Source of the DNA: Clostridiales bacterium UBA1380
GTDB taxonomy: Bacteria; Bacillota; Clostridia; Oscillospirales; CAG-272
Assembly (NCBI GenBank): GCA_002305445.1
Contig: DBRA01000071.1
Span: 18,162-74,753, forward strand
Reading direction: 5' to 3'
DNA: 56,592 nt
The notes beneath the pieces were generated by a model. The model ran no database searches. It saw nothing but the letters and a program-made list of their open reading frames with translations, and had not been told where the DNA came from. A program made the translations under genes and the position numbers. Below are positions 9,649-18,203 of the stretch, piece by piece; position 1 is the stretch's first letter, and each line of letters opens with the position of its first letter.

Positions 9649-10512
9649 TCAGAGCTTGTCCGCCAGTCCGTTCGCACCGCAAAGGCGTATCTTCGCTCGG
9701 ACGACTTCCTTTACCGCCTTTTTTGCCGCGCCCATATACTTGCGCGGGTCGGATTCGGACGGGTCAGCGGCGAAGCAGGCTTTGATGGCGTTCGCCATCG
9801 GAATCTTCAGCTCCGTCGCGATGTTTATCTTCGCGACGCCGCGCTTGAGCGCTTCGCGTATCTGCCAGTCGGGCACGCCGGACGCTCCGTGCAGCACGAG
9901 CGGCACCGATACGCGCTCCCGTATCGCGGAAAGGCGCTCGAAGTCGAGGTCCGGCTCGCCCTTATATTCGCCGTGAGCGGTTCCAATCGCTACGGCGAGC
10001 GTGTCGATACCGGTCGCCGCGACGAACGCGGCGGCTTCCTCCGGGTCAGTGAAGGTCGCGGAGCGCTCGTCGACCGTCATCGTGTCCTCGGTACCGCCGA
10101 TGCGGCCGAGCTCGCCCTCGACGGCGACTCCGCGCGCGTGCGCGTGCTCCACGACGCGGCGGACAAGCGCGACGTTTTCGTCATACGGCAGCTTCGACGC
10201 GTCGATCATTACGGAGTTATATCCGCACTCGATCGAACGGACGATGCGGTCGTAGTCTGTAAAATGGTCGCAGTGGAGCGCGATCGGGATATCGTACATC
10301 TTCGAAGCGGCTTCAGCCATCGCTCCGATATATTCGGCGCCCGCGTGCACCTGCGCCGTCGGCGTCTGTTGAATTATGACGGGTGCTCTCTCCTCGGCGG
10401 CGGTTTCGACGACGGCTGCGAACATCTCAAGATCGTGTATATTGAACGAAGCGATCGCCGCACCGTTACTGCGAGCCGCTTCAATAAAGCTGACGGGATT
10501 TTTAAGCGACAT
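9649..10512 (-). CDS. Class II ketose-bisphosphate aldolase family protein (FBA/tagatose-bisphosphate aldolase family)
   Basis: 287 aa. Contains ALHCDH, SVMIDAS, GELG.IGG, AIGTAHG and LVLHGASG motifs. Confidence 0.85.
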   Translation of the reverse strand: MSLKNPVSFIEAARSNGAAIASFNIHDLEMFAAVVETAAEERAPVIIQQTPTAQVHAGAEYIGAMAEAASKMYDIPIALHCDHFTDYDRIVRSIECGYNSVMIDASKLPYDENVALVRRVVEHAHARGVAVEGELGRIGGTEDTMTVDERSATFTDPEEAAAFVAATGIDTLAVAIGTAHGEYKGEPDLDFERLSAIRERVSVPLVLHGASGVPDWQIREALKRGVAKINIATELKIPMANAIKACFAADPSESDPRKYMGAAKKAVKEVVRAKIRLCGANGLADKL

Positions 10513-10540
10513 TTATAATTACCTTCTTTTTATTGGATGG

Positions 10541-10592
10541 TTAATCGTTTTATATTAAGTAATATTATAACAGCGGCGCACCTTTTTGTCAA
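10541..10592 (-). promoter_or_regulatory. Promoter of the aldolase operon plus a LacI-type operator
   Basis: Minus strand: TTGACA (10587-10592), 17 nt, TATAAT (10564-10569). The 12-mer TTAATCGTTTTA (10541-10552, plus-strand reading) lies just downstream of the predicted start site. Confidence 0.6.
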
Positions 10593-10625
10593 GCACGCCG
10601 CTGATAATATCGCGATGTTATTACA

Positions 10626-11618
10626 TCATCCTTTTATATTTACGACCGATTCGTAATCGCGCATCGTTGTCTTCAGGCAGCGGACGCCTCCGCACGGTTC
10701 GCCCGCGAGTCGCGCGAGCAGCGTCGTGGCGGCCGTTTCGCCTATCTGCGAGACCGGCTGCACGATTACGGTCAGGCGCGGGCGCGACGAAAGTGCGAGC
10801 GTGAGGTTGTCAAAGCCTATGAAGCTGATGTCGCGGCCGGGCGTGAGTCCGCGTTCGTTGAGCGCGGTCACCGCGCCGACTGTCAGCTCGTTGTTCGTTG
10901 CAAATATTGCCGTGGGCGGCACCGGCAGGTCGAGCAGCGAGCATGTCATCGCGTAACCGGCGTCCTCGTTGTACTCGCCGGTCTTGATGTACTCGTCGGG
11001 TATTTTTATCCCGTGCTCCGCGCAGGCCGACATAAAACCGGCGCGCCTTTCCACGGGCGTATACATCGATTCCGGGCCGAGCAGTATGCCGATTTTTCTG
11101 TGTCCCGCTTCTATCAAACGCTCGGCGGCGGTACGTCCGGCGCCGGCGTTGTCTGACAGCACGCAGTCGCAGTTTCCCTCGTCCGTCATGCGGTCGACGA
11201 GGACTACAGGCAGGTTGCCGACACGGCGCACGAATTCCGAAGCCGACGAGCACGGAACGGCTATAAGCCCGTCGATCTTCTTGCCGAGCAAAAACTCGAG
11301 TTTTCTGCTTTCGCGCGCGGCGTCGGACCGGCAGTTGCACACGATAGTGCCGTAGCCGTGGCGCTCGAGCACGCTGTCGATCGACGATATGATCGAGGTG
11401 AAGAACATGTTGTCGAGCTGCGGGAGCAGGATGCCGATTGTCATAGACTTGTTGGTGCGCAGCCCGCGCGCAATGTCGTTTCGCTTGAAGCCGAGCGCGG
11501 CGACGGCTTCGTCGATAGCCGCTGCGTTGCTCTGTTTAACGTGTATGCCGTTCAGATACTTAGAAACAGTCGCCGCAGAGCATCCGGCGCGCTTTGCGAC
11601 TTCCTTGATGTTTGCCAT
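10626..11618 (-). CDS. LacI family transcriptional regulator
   Basis: 330 aa. N-terminal HTH MANIKEVAKRAGCSAATVSKYLNG followed by a periplasmic-binding-fold sugar domain. Confidence 0.9.
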   Translation of the reverse strand: MANIKEVAKRAGCSAATVSKYLNGIHVKQSNAAAIDEAVAALGFKRNDIARGLRTNKSMTIGILLPQLDNMFFTSIISSIDSVLERHGYGTIVCNCRSDAARESRKLEFLLGKKIDGLIAVPCSSASEFVRRVGNLPVVLVDRMTDEGNCDCVLSDNAGAGRTAAERLIEAGHRKIGILLGPESMYTPVERRAGFMSACAEHGIKIPDEYIKTGEYNEDAGYAMTCSLLDLPVPPTAIFATNNELTVGAVTALNERGLTPGRDISFIGFDNLTLALSSRPRLTVIVQPVSQIGETAATTLLARLAGEPCGGVRCLKTTMRDYESVVNIKG

Positions 11619-11692
11619 ACATAAACCGCCCTTTTCGTTTATTTAACGCAAAAAGTAAATTATGACGTTTTATCTGTAATTTAACTTAAAAT

Positions 11693-11796
11693 ATTATACA
11701 TATAAACATAACATTTGTCAAACGTTAAGTTTATCGTTTAAGAAAAATGTATGTTTGACATAAAGCCGTTCTGTTGATATAATATTAATCGTTAAA
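11693..11796. promoter_or_regulatory. Divergent promoters (lacI-type gene leftward, GH3 gene rightward) with three copies of the operator 12-mer
   Basis: Leftward: TTGACA (11716-11721 on minus), 17 nt, TATAAT (11693-11698). Rightward: TTGACA (11755-11760), 17 nt, TATAAT (11778-11783). 12-mers: TCAAACGTTAAG (11718-11729, reverse orientation), TTTATCGTTTAA (11730-11741) and TTAATCGTTAAA (11785-11796). Confidence 0.6.
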
Positions 11797-11837
11797 TCAA
11801 AAATGGAAATAATATCAAGTATCGGAGGCGGAATACA

Positions 11838-13925
11838 GTGAGCGGTAATTTTAAAGAAGAAGCGCACCGGATCGTGTCCGAGATGACGCTCGGCGAAAAA
11901 TGCGCGCAGATGCGCTATCAGGCCCCGGCGATCGAACGGCTCGGCGTAAGAGCCTACAACTGGTGGAACGAAGCGCTGCACGGCGTCGCGCGCTCAGGCG
12001 TTGCGACCGTGTTCCCGCAGGCGATCGCGATGGCGGCGACCTTCGACCCGGATCTGCTATATCGCGTGGCGAGCGCTATATCGGACGAAGGGCGTGCGAA
12101 GTACAACGAGTATAAAAAGGCCGGATCCACCGGCATTTACGAGGGCCTCACTTTCTGGAGCCCCAACATCAACATATTCCGCGACCCGCGCTGGGGACGC
12201 GGCCACGAAACATACGGAGAAGACCCGTATCTTACCGGCGTCTTGGGCACCGCATTCGTCCGCGGCATACAGGGCGACCCGACCTGCCGGTACCGCAAAG
12301 CGGACGCGACGCTGAAGCACTATGCCGTCCACAGCGGACCGGAGGGCGGACGCCACTCGTTCGACGCGCGCGTAACACAACGCGACCTGTACGGCACATA
12401 CCTCCGCGCGTTCCGTTATTGTATCAAAAACGCTGACCCGTCCGCCGTTATGGGCGCATACAACCGTGTGTCGGTCGAAGGGCGTTTTGAAGGCGAGCCG
12501 TGCTGCGCCAGCCCTTCCCTGCTCGGCGAAATCCTGTACAAGGAGTTCGGCTTCGACGGTTACGTCGTCTCCGACTGCGGCGCGATAACCGATATCCACG
12601 CCCACCATCACGTCACCGAGAACGCGGCGGAGTCGAGCGCGCTTGCGGTCAAAGCCGGCTGCGCGCTCAACTGCGGCGGCGCATACGCGGCGCTCGTTTC
12701 GGCTGTGGCGGCGGGGCTTCTCACCGAGGAGGAAATCGACAAATGCGTCACGCGCCTGTTCGAGGCGAGATACCGCCTCGGAATGTTCGCGCCTGAGGGC
12801 GAATGTCCGTACGACAGCATCCCGTTCGATGTCGTCGACTGCGCGGCGCACCGCTCACTTAACCTCGAGGCCGCGAGGAAAACGGTCGTGCTCTGCAAAA
12901 ACGACGGCATCCTTCCCATCGACCCGCGCAGCGGCATGAGAATCGCTGTCATCGGGCCGAACGCCGACGACCGCAGCGTGCTTGTGGGCAACTACAACGG
13001 CACGCCGTCAGAGACGATTACGATTCTGGAGGGCATGCGCGCCAAGTTCGGCGGCGTCCGCTATGCGCCCGGCTCCCATATGTGGCGCAAGTACAACCCC
13101 GAGGATTGCTTCGAGCATCTTCTCAACGACGCCGTCGCCGTCGCGCGCTCAAGCGATGTCGTCGTGCTCGTATGCGGGCTGAACCCGACGATGGAGGGCG
13201 AGGAGGGCGACGCATACAACGGCGCTTCCAGCGGCGACAAGACGACGCTCGAGCTTCCGGCCGCGCAGCTGCAGCTGTACGAAGCCGTAACGGCCGTCGG
13301 CAAGCCGATCGTGTTCGTCAACGTCTCCGGCTCGGCGATTGACCTTTCGCGTATGGACGCCGAATGCGCCGCGGTGCTTCAGGTGTTCTACCCCGGCGCG
13401 CTCGGCGGACTCGCTGTCGCCGAGGTGATCTCGGGCGAGGTCAACCCGTCCGGCAGACTGCCTGTCACCTTCTACCGCTCCGACGACGACCTGCCGCCGT
13501 TCGAGGACTACAACATGCGCGCGGGAAAGGGACGCACATACCGCTATTTCACAGGCGAGCCGCTCTATCCTTTCGGCCACGGCTTTTCCTACACGAATTT
13601 CACGTACTCGCAGCCGTCCGTCCCCGCGACGCTGAATAAAGGCGAGGGCGCGTGTGTAAGCGTGAAGGTCAAAAACACGGGACTGCGTGCGGGCGACGAA
13701 ATCGTCACGGCGTATGTGTCGCGCCCCGATGTTGAAGGCACCCCGATAAAGGAGCTTGCATCAGTCGCGCGCGTTTCGCTCGTGCCCGGTGACGAAAAGG
13801 AAGTCTCGCTGAAAATAGACGCGGAAGCGTTCGGTGTCTACGGCGAAGACGGTGCGCTGAACGTGCCGTCAGGCGCGGCGGTTATCGAAGTCGGCGGATA
13901 TAAAGCGTGCGTTGAAATAATCTGA
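11838..13925 (+). CDS. Glycoside hydrolase family 3 beta-glucosidase/beta-xylosidase
   Basis: 695 aa, GTG start after GGAGG. Contains GH3 motifs (KHYAVHSGPE; GYVVSDCGA nucleophile region), an alpha/beta sandwich and a C-terminal Fn3-like domain. Confidence 0.85.
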   Translation: MSGNFKEEAHRIVSEMTLGEKCAQMRYQAPAIERLGVRAYNWWNEALHGVARSGVATVFPQAIAMAATFDPDLLYRVASAISDEGRAKYNEYKKAGSTGIYEGLTFWSPNINIFRDPRWGRGHETYGEDPYLTGVLGTAFVRGIQGDPTCRYRKADATLKHYAVHSGPEGGRHSFDARVTQRDLYGTYLRAFRYCIKNADPSAVMGAYNRVSVEGRFEGEPCCASPSLLGEILYKEFGFDGYVVSDCGAITDIHAHHHVTENAAESSALAVKAGCALNCGGAYAALVSAVAAGLLTEEEIDKCVTRLFEARYRLGMFAPEGECPYDSIPFDVVDCAAHRSLNLEAARKTVVLCKNDGILPIDPRSGMRIAVIGPNADDRSVLVGNYNGTPSETITILEGMRAKFGGVRYAPGSHMWRKYNPEDCFEHLLNDAVAVARSSDVVVLVCGLNPTMEGEEGDAYNGASSGDKTTLELPAAQLQLYEAVTAVGKPIVFVNVSGSAIDLSRMDAECAAVLQVFYPGALGGLAVAEVISGEVNPSGRLPVTFYRSDDDLPPFEDYNMRAGKGRTYRYFTGEPLYPFGHGFSYTNFTYSQPSVPATLNKGEGACVSVKVKNTGLRAGDEIVTAYVSRPDVEGTPIKELASVARVSLVPGDEKEVSLKIDAEAFGVYGEDGALNVPSGAAVIEVGGYKACVEII

Positions 13926-13933
13926 TAAAACAA

Positions 13934-13971
13934 CTGCCCGAACAAGGCTTGTGCCTTGTCCGGGCAGTTTT
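13934..13971 (+). terminator. Rho-independent terminator after the GH3 gene
   Basis: 15-bp stem CTGCCCGAACAAGGC / GCCTTGTCCGGGCAG (one mismatch), loop TTGT, then TTTT. Confidence 0.7.
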
Positions 13972-14223
13972 CATGCTATTATACCCGTATTTATATCGGT
14001 CAAGCGCACATATGATCAATCGGGTGTAATGCGCAGCAGCGGGCGCTGTATAGCATGGCGCAGTCACCTGCTCCGCAAGCTCTGTCCGATCGCGGCTATA
14101 TCCGCCGGAGCGTGATGCGCTCTTAATTAACTCCGGTAAAAGAATGGACATATTATACCAAAAATCGCTTCGGCTTTCCAAATAATATTACAATGCAAAA
14201 AACCTTTATTCTGTCGAAAAAAC

Positions 14224-14251
14224 TTGACATTGATGTAGATGTGCGTATAAT
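14224..14251 (+). promoter_or_regulatory. sigma-70-type promoter for the Gfo/Idh/MocA gene
   Basis: TTGACA (14224-14229), 16-nt spacer, TATAAT (14246-14251). Confidence 0.5.
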
Positions 14252-14340
14252 GTTTATAGCGTCTGCCTTCAGCAAGCATACATTATAATGATTTATTCAC
14301 GGAAGGGCGCGCCGTTCGGCGCGTACAGCGGTGAACTACT

Positions 14341-15396
14341 ATGGTTTCGGGAAAAAAACGTCTTGTCGTAATCGGTTACGGCGGAATGGGCGGCTGGCAC
14401 ACTCAGCACGCGCTTAACAGCGACGTGGTCGAACTCGCCGGCATATACGATATTAATCCGGAGCGCGGCGCGCTCGCCGAATCGAGAGGAATTAAGAGCT
14501 ACCCTTCTTTCGAGGCCGTTCTGGAAGACAGGACCGTAGATCTTCTGACTATCGCGACGCCGAACGAGTGCCACAAGCCGCTTGCGATACAAGCGCTTGA
14601 AGCGGGTAAAAACGTCATCTCGGAAAAACCGGTGACGCTCTCCTGCGACGATCTGCAGCAAATGATCGACGCATCGGTCCGTACCGGCAAGCTGTTCACC
14701 GTCCACCAGAACCGCCGCTGGGACGTCGACTTCCTCGCGATGAAAAAGCTTTACGATTCCGGCGAACTCGGCAAAATCGTTTCCATCGAGAGCCGCATAC
14801 ACGGCAGCCGCGGCATACCGTCCGACTGGCGCGGCGAAAAGGAGCACGGCGGCGGCATGTTGTACGACTGGGGCATCCATCTGATCGACCAGATCATGCA
14901 GATAGTCCGCGAACCCGTCGTGTCCGTGTACTGCCGGTTCGAGCATACGACTAATATGGAGGTTGACGACGGCTTCAAGCTCACGCTCGGTTTCGAGGGC
15001 GGCACCGAAGCTTACATAGAGGTCGGTACGATCAACTTCATACCGATGCCCCGCTTCTATATGCGCGGCATGAAGGGCACCGCGAAGATCGAGGACTGGC
15101 GCGAGCCGTGCCATGTCGTTCTCTGCACGCACTGGCACGAGAGCGAGGTCATTCCGGTACAGACGGCCGCCGGTCTGACGAAGACGATGGCCCCGCGCGA
15201 CGAAGTCACGACGAAATCATACGATATGGAACGCCCGCAGTCGGACGTCCACGATTTCTACCGCAACGTCGTTCGCGCGATCGACGGCATCGAGCCGCAG
15301 CTCGTCGACCACGTCACCATGATGCGCGTGCTGCGGGTCATCGAGGCGAGCTTCTCGAGCGCCGAGCAGGGTCAGGTGCTGACCGTCAGGATATAA
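14341..15396 (+). CDS. Gfo/Idh/MocA family oxidoreductase
   Basis: 351 aa. N-terminal Rossmann VVIGYGGMGGWH and the EKP motif (VISEKPVT). Confidence 0.85.
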   Translation: MVSGKKRLVVIGYGGMGGWHTQHALNSDVVELAGIYDINPERGALAESRGIKSYPSFEAVLEDRTVDLLTIATPNECHKPLAIQALEAGKNVISEKPVTLSCDDLQQMIDASVRTGKLFTVHQNRRWDVDFLAMKKLYDSGELGKIVSIESRIHGSRGIPSDWRGEKEHGGGMLYDWGIHLIDQIMQIVREPVVSVYCRFEHTTNMEVDDGFKLTLGFEGGTEAYIEVGTINFIPMPRFYMRGMKGTAKIEDWREPCHVVLCTHWHESEVIPVQTAAGLTKTMAPRDEVTTKSYDMERPQSDVHDFYRNVVRAIDGIEPQLVDHVTMMRVLRVIEASFSSAEQGQVLTVRI

Positions 15397-15440
15397 GCCC
15401 GAGTTTTACTTCCGGCGCATCAAATTTACACTTATATAAC

Positions 15441-15472
15441 AAAACAGGCATGACGGAAGTCATGCCTGTTTT
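15441..15472. terminator. Bidirectional rho-independent terminator
   Basis: 14-bp stem AAAACAGGCATGAC / GTCATGCCTGTTTT with loop GGAA, between convergent genes. Confidence 0.75.
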
Positions 15473-15505
15473 ATTATGCCGTGGCTTATTAAGCGCGGCC
15501 ATGTA

Positions 15506-16960
15506 TCAATAATCGAAGCCTTCGAGCACCTTTTTGATGTTGTTCTCCGCAATCTTGTCAAACGACTTTCCGGTGCGGTCCGCCATCGACGCGTAGGTGC
15601 CGGACTTGAGCGCCGTATTGTATGCGCTGACCGCGCTGCCTGTCAGGCCGAAGCAGTAAGACAGATCGTACACGCGGCGGTCCTTCATGTCGCGCAGCAT
15701 CGCGGCCGAATTCTGGTCGCGCGCGCCCTTTCCGATAACGGTTCTTTCAAAGTAGACCTCGAGTACGTTGTCGTATGTATCGGCCGCAAGCGATTCGATT
15801 ATTGTGCCGGTTCGGTCGATATCCTTTGTGTTGACCGGCACGACGACTGTGAACGGATTCTGCACGTAGACGTACTGCTTGTCGCTCGTATAATCATAAG
15901 GAGGATAACTTATGATGCCGTAATCGTCCTCCTTGTCGCGGAGGTTGCGGAAGTCGCCGAGCAGACGCGAGTAGAACAGCGCGCGCCCCTCCTTGAACAT
16001 TATGCGGGTCGCGTCGTCGCGCGCGAGAACTGAAAGCGTGTTGTCGTTGAGCATCTCGTTGATCTTCGTGCCGACCGTGACAAGGCGTTCGTCTATGAGG
16101 TTGAACTTGAATTTGTATGTTCCGTTCTCTTTTATCAGATCGACAAGGCTGACGTCCGACGAATACAGCATTGGCAGGTACTGGAACTCGCGCCCGACAA
16201 ATCCGAGGCGGTCGTCCTTAACCGTGTGCTTGCCGTCGTTGTTGAGGTCGGCTGAGACCGCCCGCATCATTTCGAGCATCTTATCCATCGTCCACTGCTT
16301 GTTCCGGTACAGCTCGTACGGGTCCTCGAGCGAGAAGTCTGTGATGAGCGCGCCGCTGTAAAACAGCGCGGCTATGCTTTCGTAGTGGTCGAAGCTGATG
16401 TCGAGGTACCCGTGGTACATCTTGCCCTCGATCATCAGCGTTTCCTGCGCGCCCTTGTCCCAGTACGGGTTGCTCATGTTGATGGATCCGAGGTCAGTTA
16501 TCGGCAAAAGGTATCCGCCCGCAATCAGCGGCATGACCTCTTCGCACAGAACGTAGACGAAGTCGACTTCGTTCGTCCCGGATACAACCGAAGATTTCAG
16601 TTTATCGGCCGCCGATTCGTTGATACAGGAAAGCTTGATGTTGAACTTGTGTTCGACGCGGCGGTTGCGCTCGTAAATCGCGTCGTTCAAGCCCTCGCCC
16701 GTTATCTCCTCGAAGTCGAGCGCGGAGAAATATTCGTCCGAAAGGCCGTTTGTCGCCATATGGAATTCATATCCGCCGTAGTCGACCGCTGCGATCGCGT
16801 CGGAATACGACGTCCCGCTGTCATCCGCCGCGAATATGTCTTCGGTTTCGCGTGCCGTATCAATACCGGCATTTTCCGCGGTGTCTCCGCAGGCGGCGAA
16901 CAGCGCCGAAATCATCGCGAACACAAGAATCAAAACCATGATCTTACGCAGCAATTTCAT
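15506..16960 (-). CDS. Extracellular solute-binding lipoprotein (ABC-transporter family 1 SBP), no adjacent permease
   Basis: 484 aa. Lipobox LFAACGD. Clear paralog of 27432-28877: EEITGEGLNDAIYERN, LEDPYELYRNKQWTMDKMLEMM and DLNNDGKHTVKDD. Confidence 0.75.
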   Translation of the reverse strand: MKLLRKIMVLILVFAMISALFAACGDTAENAGIDTARETEDIFAADDSGTSYSDAIAAVDYGGYEFHMATNGLSDEYFSALDFEEITGEGLNDAIYERNRRVEHKFNIKLSCINESAADKLKSSVVSGTNEVDFVYVLCEEVMPLIAGGYLLPITDLGSINMSNPYWDKGAQETLMIEGKMYHGYLDISFDHYESIAALFYSGALITDFSLEDPYELYRNKQWTMDKMLEMMRAVSADLNNDGKHTVKDDRLGFVGREFQYLPMLYSSDVSLVDLIKENGTYKFKFNLIDERLVTVGTKINEMLNDNTLSVLARDDATRIMFKEGRALFYSRLLGDFRNLRDKEDDYGIISYPPYDYTSDKQYVYVQNPFTVVVPVNTKDIDRTGTIIESLAADTYDNVLEVYFERTVIGKGARDQNSAAMLRDMKDRRVYDLSYCFGLTGSAVSAYNTALKSGTYASMADRTGKSFDKIAENNIKKVLEGFDY

Positions 16961-17062
16961 AGTTTTCTCCCGTTAATCAGCTGTATTAATAATCGAAACC
17001 AATATCGGCTCCGGAAATTTTACAAGAATAATCCGGAGCCGAATTTTGTATATGAGCGATAT

Positions 17063-18001
17063 TTACTTGCGCTTTTTGATTATTTTCGCGACGCAGGCGG
17101 ATAAAACGGCGCCGAGCGACGCGATAAAGGCGATATCGCCGGTGGCGGGAGCGGATGTTACCGTTTCGACAGGTGCAGCGGCAGCCGTTTCCTCTTCCGC
17201 GGGAGCGGCCGTCTCTTCTGCCGGCGCCGCGGTCTCCTCCGCTGCGGCAGCGGTGTCAAAAACCTTATAATCCTCCACGAACTCTATATTGTCGATGTAA
17301 AATTTATCGCCGCCGATCAAGTAATCGCTGTAGTCCCAGAAAAGGTACACTCCCTTGACGTCGGACATATTCGCGGGCGTGCCGGCATCGAGCGCATCCC
17401 AGTTTGCGTTCGAGCGGATCCAGAAATCAGCCACAGGAAACGCGAAATATCCCTTAAATCCGTACACATCGGAATTCTGGGCGTCGCCGAAGCATCCGTC
17501 GCCGCCGTGCTCCATCTCGACCCATTCGGACGAACCGTCGGCAAGGTAGTAGAACAAGCATCCCGCCTCGTCGACTTCGTCGGTCGTGAAGAGCGAATAT
17601 GTACTGTCGATCACGCCCCAGTTTGCCTTTCGGAAACCCATGTCGGTGAGGTCCATCCAAATGCGCAGGTATTTCGCGCCGGTATAGTCGGAGGGTATGC
17701 CGGATTTCTCTCCGAAGAGGTAAAGACCCACGTTGTCGGTTGCGTCTTCGTAAATTTCAAGCGCTTTCGATCCGCCGACGCCCTTACCGTCGACAATTGC
17801 AGCGGCTTCAAGCCCGTTCTGTCCGCCGCTATCCCAGTTGCCGATCCAGTAGTCGGCGGCGTCTTCCGCATTGTAAACCGGGTTGCCGCCTGCGGTGAAG
17901 TTGGTCCACGAATCAAAGTCCGTGAAAACGGCGGCGCTGACGGCCGAGGTCATCGCGACAGTCATAATAAGCGCCATTGCGACAAGGATAATCTTCTTCA
18001 T
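17063..18001 (-). CDS. Secreted beta-sandwich (carbohydrate-binding-like) protein with an acidic E/T/A/P linker and C-terminal APATGD-TM-KKRK anchor
   Basis: 312 aa. Signal peptide MKKIILVAMALIMTVAMTSAVSA. Linker AAAAEETAAPAEETAAPAEEETAAAAP. C-terminus APATGDIAFIASLGAVLSACVAKIIKKRK. Confidence 0.7.
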   Translation of the reverse strand: MKKIILVAMALIMTVAMTSAVSAAVFTDFDSWTNFTAGGNPVYNAEDAADYWIGNWDSGGQNGLEAAAIVDGKGVGGSKALEIYEDATDNVGLYLFGEKSGIPSDYTGAKYLRIWMDLTDMGFRKANWGVIDSTYSLFTTDEVDEAGCLFYYLADGSSEWVEMEHGGDGCFGDAQNSDVYGFKGYFAFPVADFWIRSNANWDALDAGTPANMSDVKGVYLFWDYSDYLIGGDKFYIDNIEFVEDYKVFDTAAAAEETAAPAEETAAPAEEETAAAAPVETVTSAPATGDIAFIASLGAVLSACVAKIIKKRK

Positions 18002-18066
18002 CAGCGTTTACCTCCAGATTTTTTAATAGAACAACACTGCCGGAAACGCGGGGGGGTAAATACACA

Positions 18067-18127
18067 ACAATTTAAGCAAATTGTCGTCTAATGAGCATAC
18101 TATAGCACATTATACAATTATTGTCAA
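18067..18127 (-). promoter_or_regulatory. Promoter of the surface-protein gene with a 7-4-7 palindrome in the leader
   Basis: Minus strand: TTGACA (18122-18127), 17 nt, TATAGT (18099-18104). Perfect palindrome ACAATTT-AAGC-AAATTGT at 18067-18084, just downstream of the predicted start site. Confidence 0.5.
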
Positions 18128-18203
18128 CATATACAGTTCTGTTCGGTTTCATTTATTTTGATAATTATTCATATATTTTTTATTTTATCGGGCGCATGCA
18201 TCA

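Noticed and set aside
13882-14181. 99-aa minus-strand ORF in the gap after the GH3 gene
   Set aside because: It overlaps the GH3 3' end and its terminator hairpin. It has no RBS and an odd composition. The 13976-14220 gap may hold gene remnants, but I cannot support a CDS.
16990-17035. Hairpin GGCTCCGG...CCGGAGCC between the surface-protein gene and the SBP gene, considered as a terminator
   Set aside because: It has an 18-nt loop and no clear U-tract on the minus strand. It is too weak to call, so the two genes may or may not be co-transcribed.
17150-17260. Short imperfect tandem DNA repeats here and at 53440-53530, considered as a possible repeat array or CRISPR
   Set aside because: They are in-frame coding repeats for the Glu/Thr/Ala/Pro linker of the two surface proteins. 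There are no spacers and no repeat-spacer periodicity.
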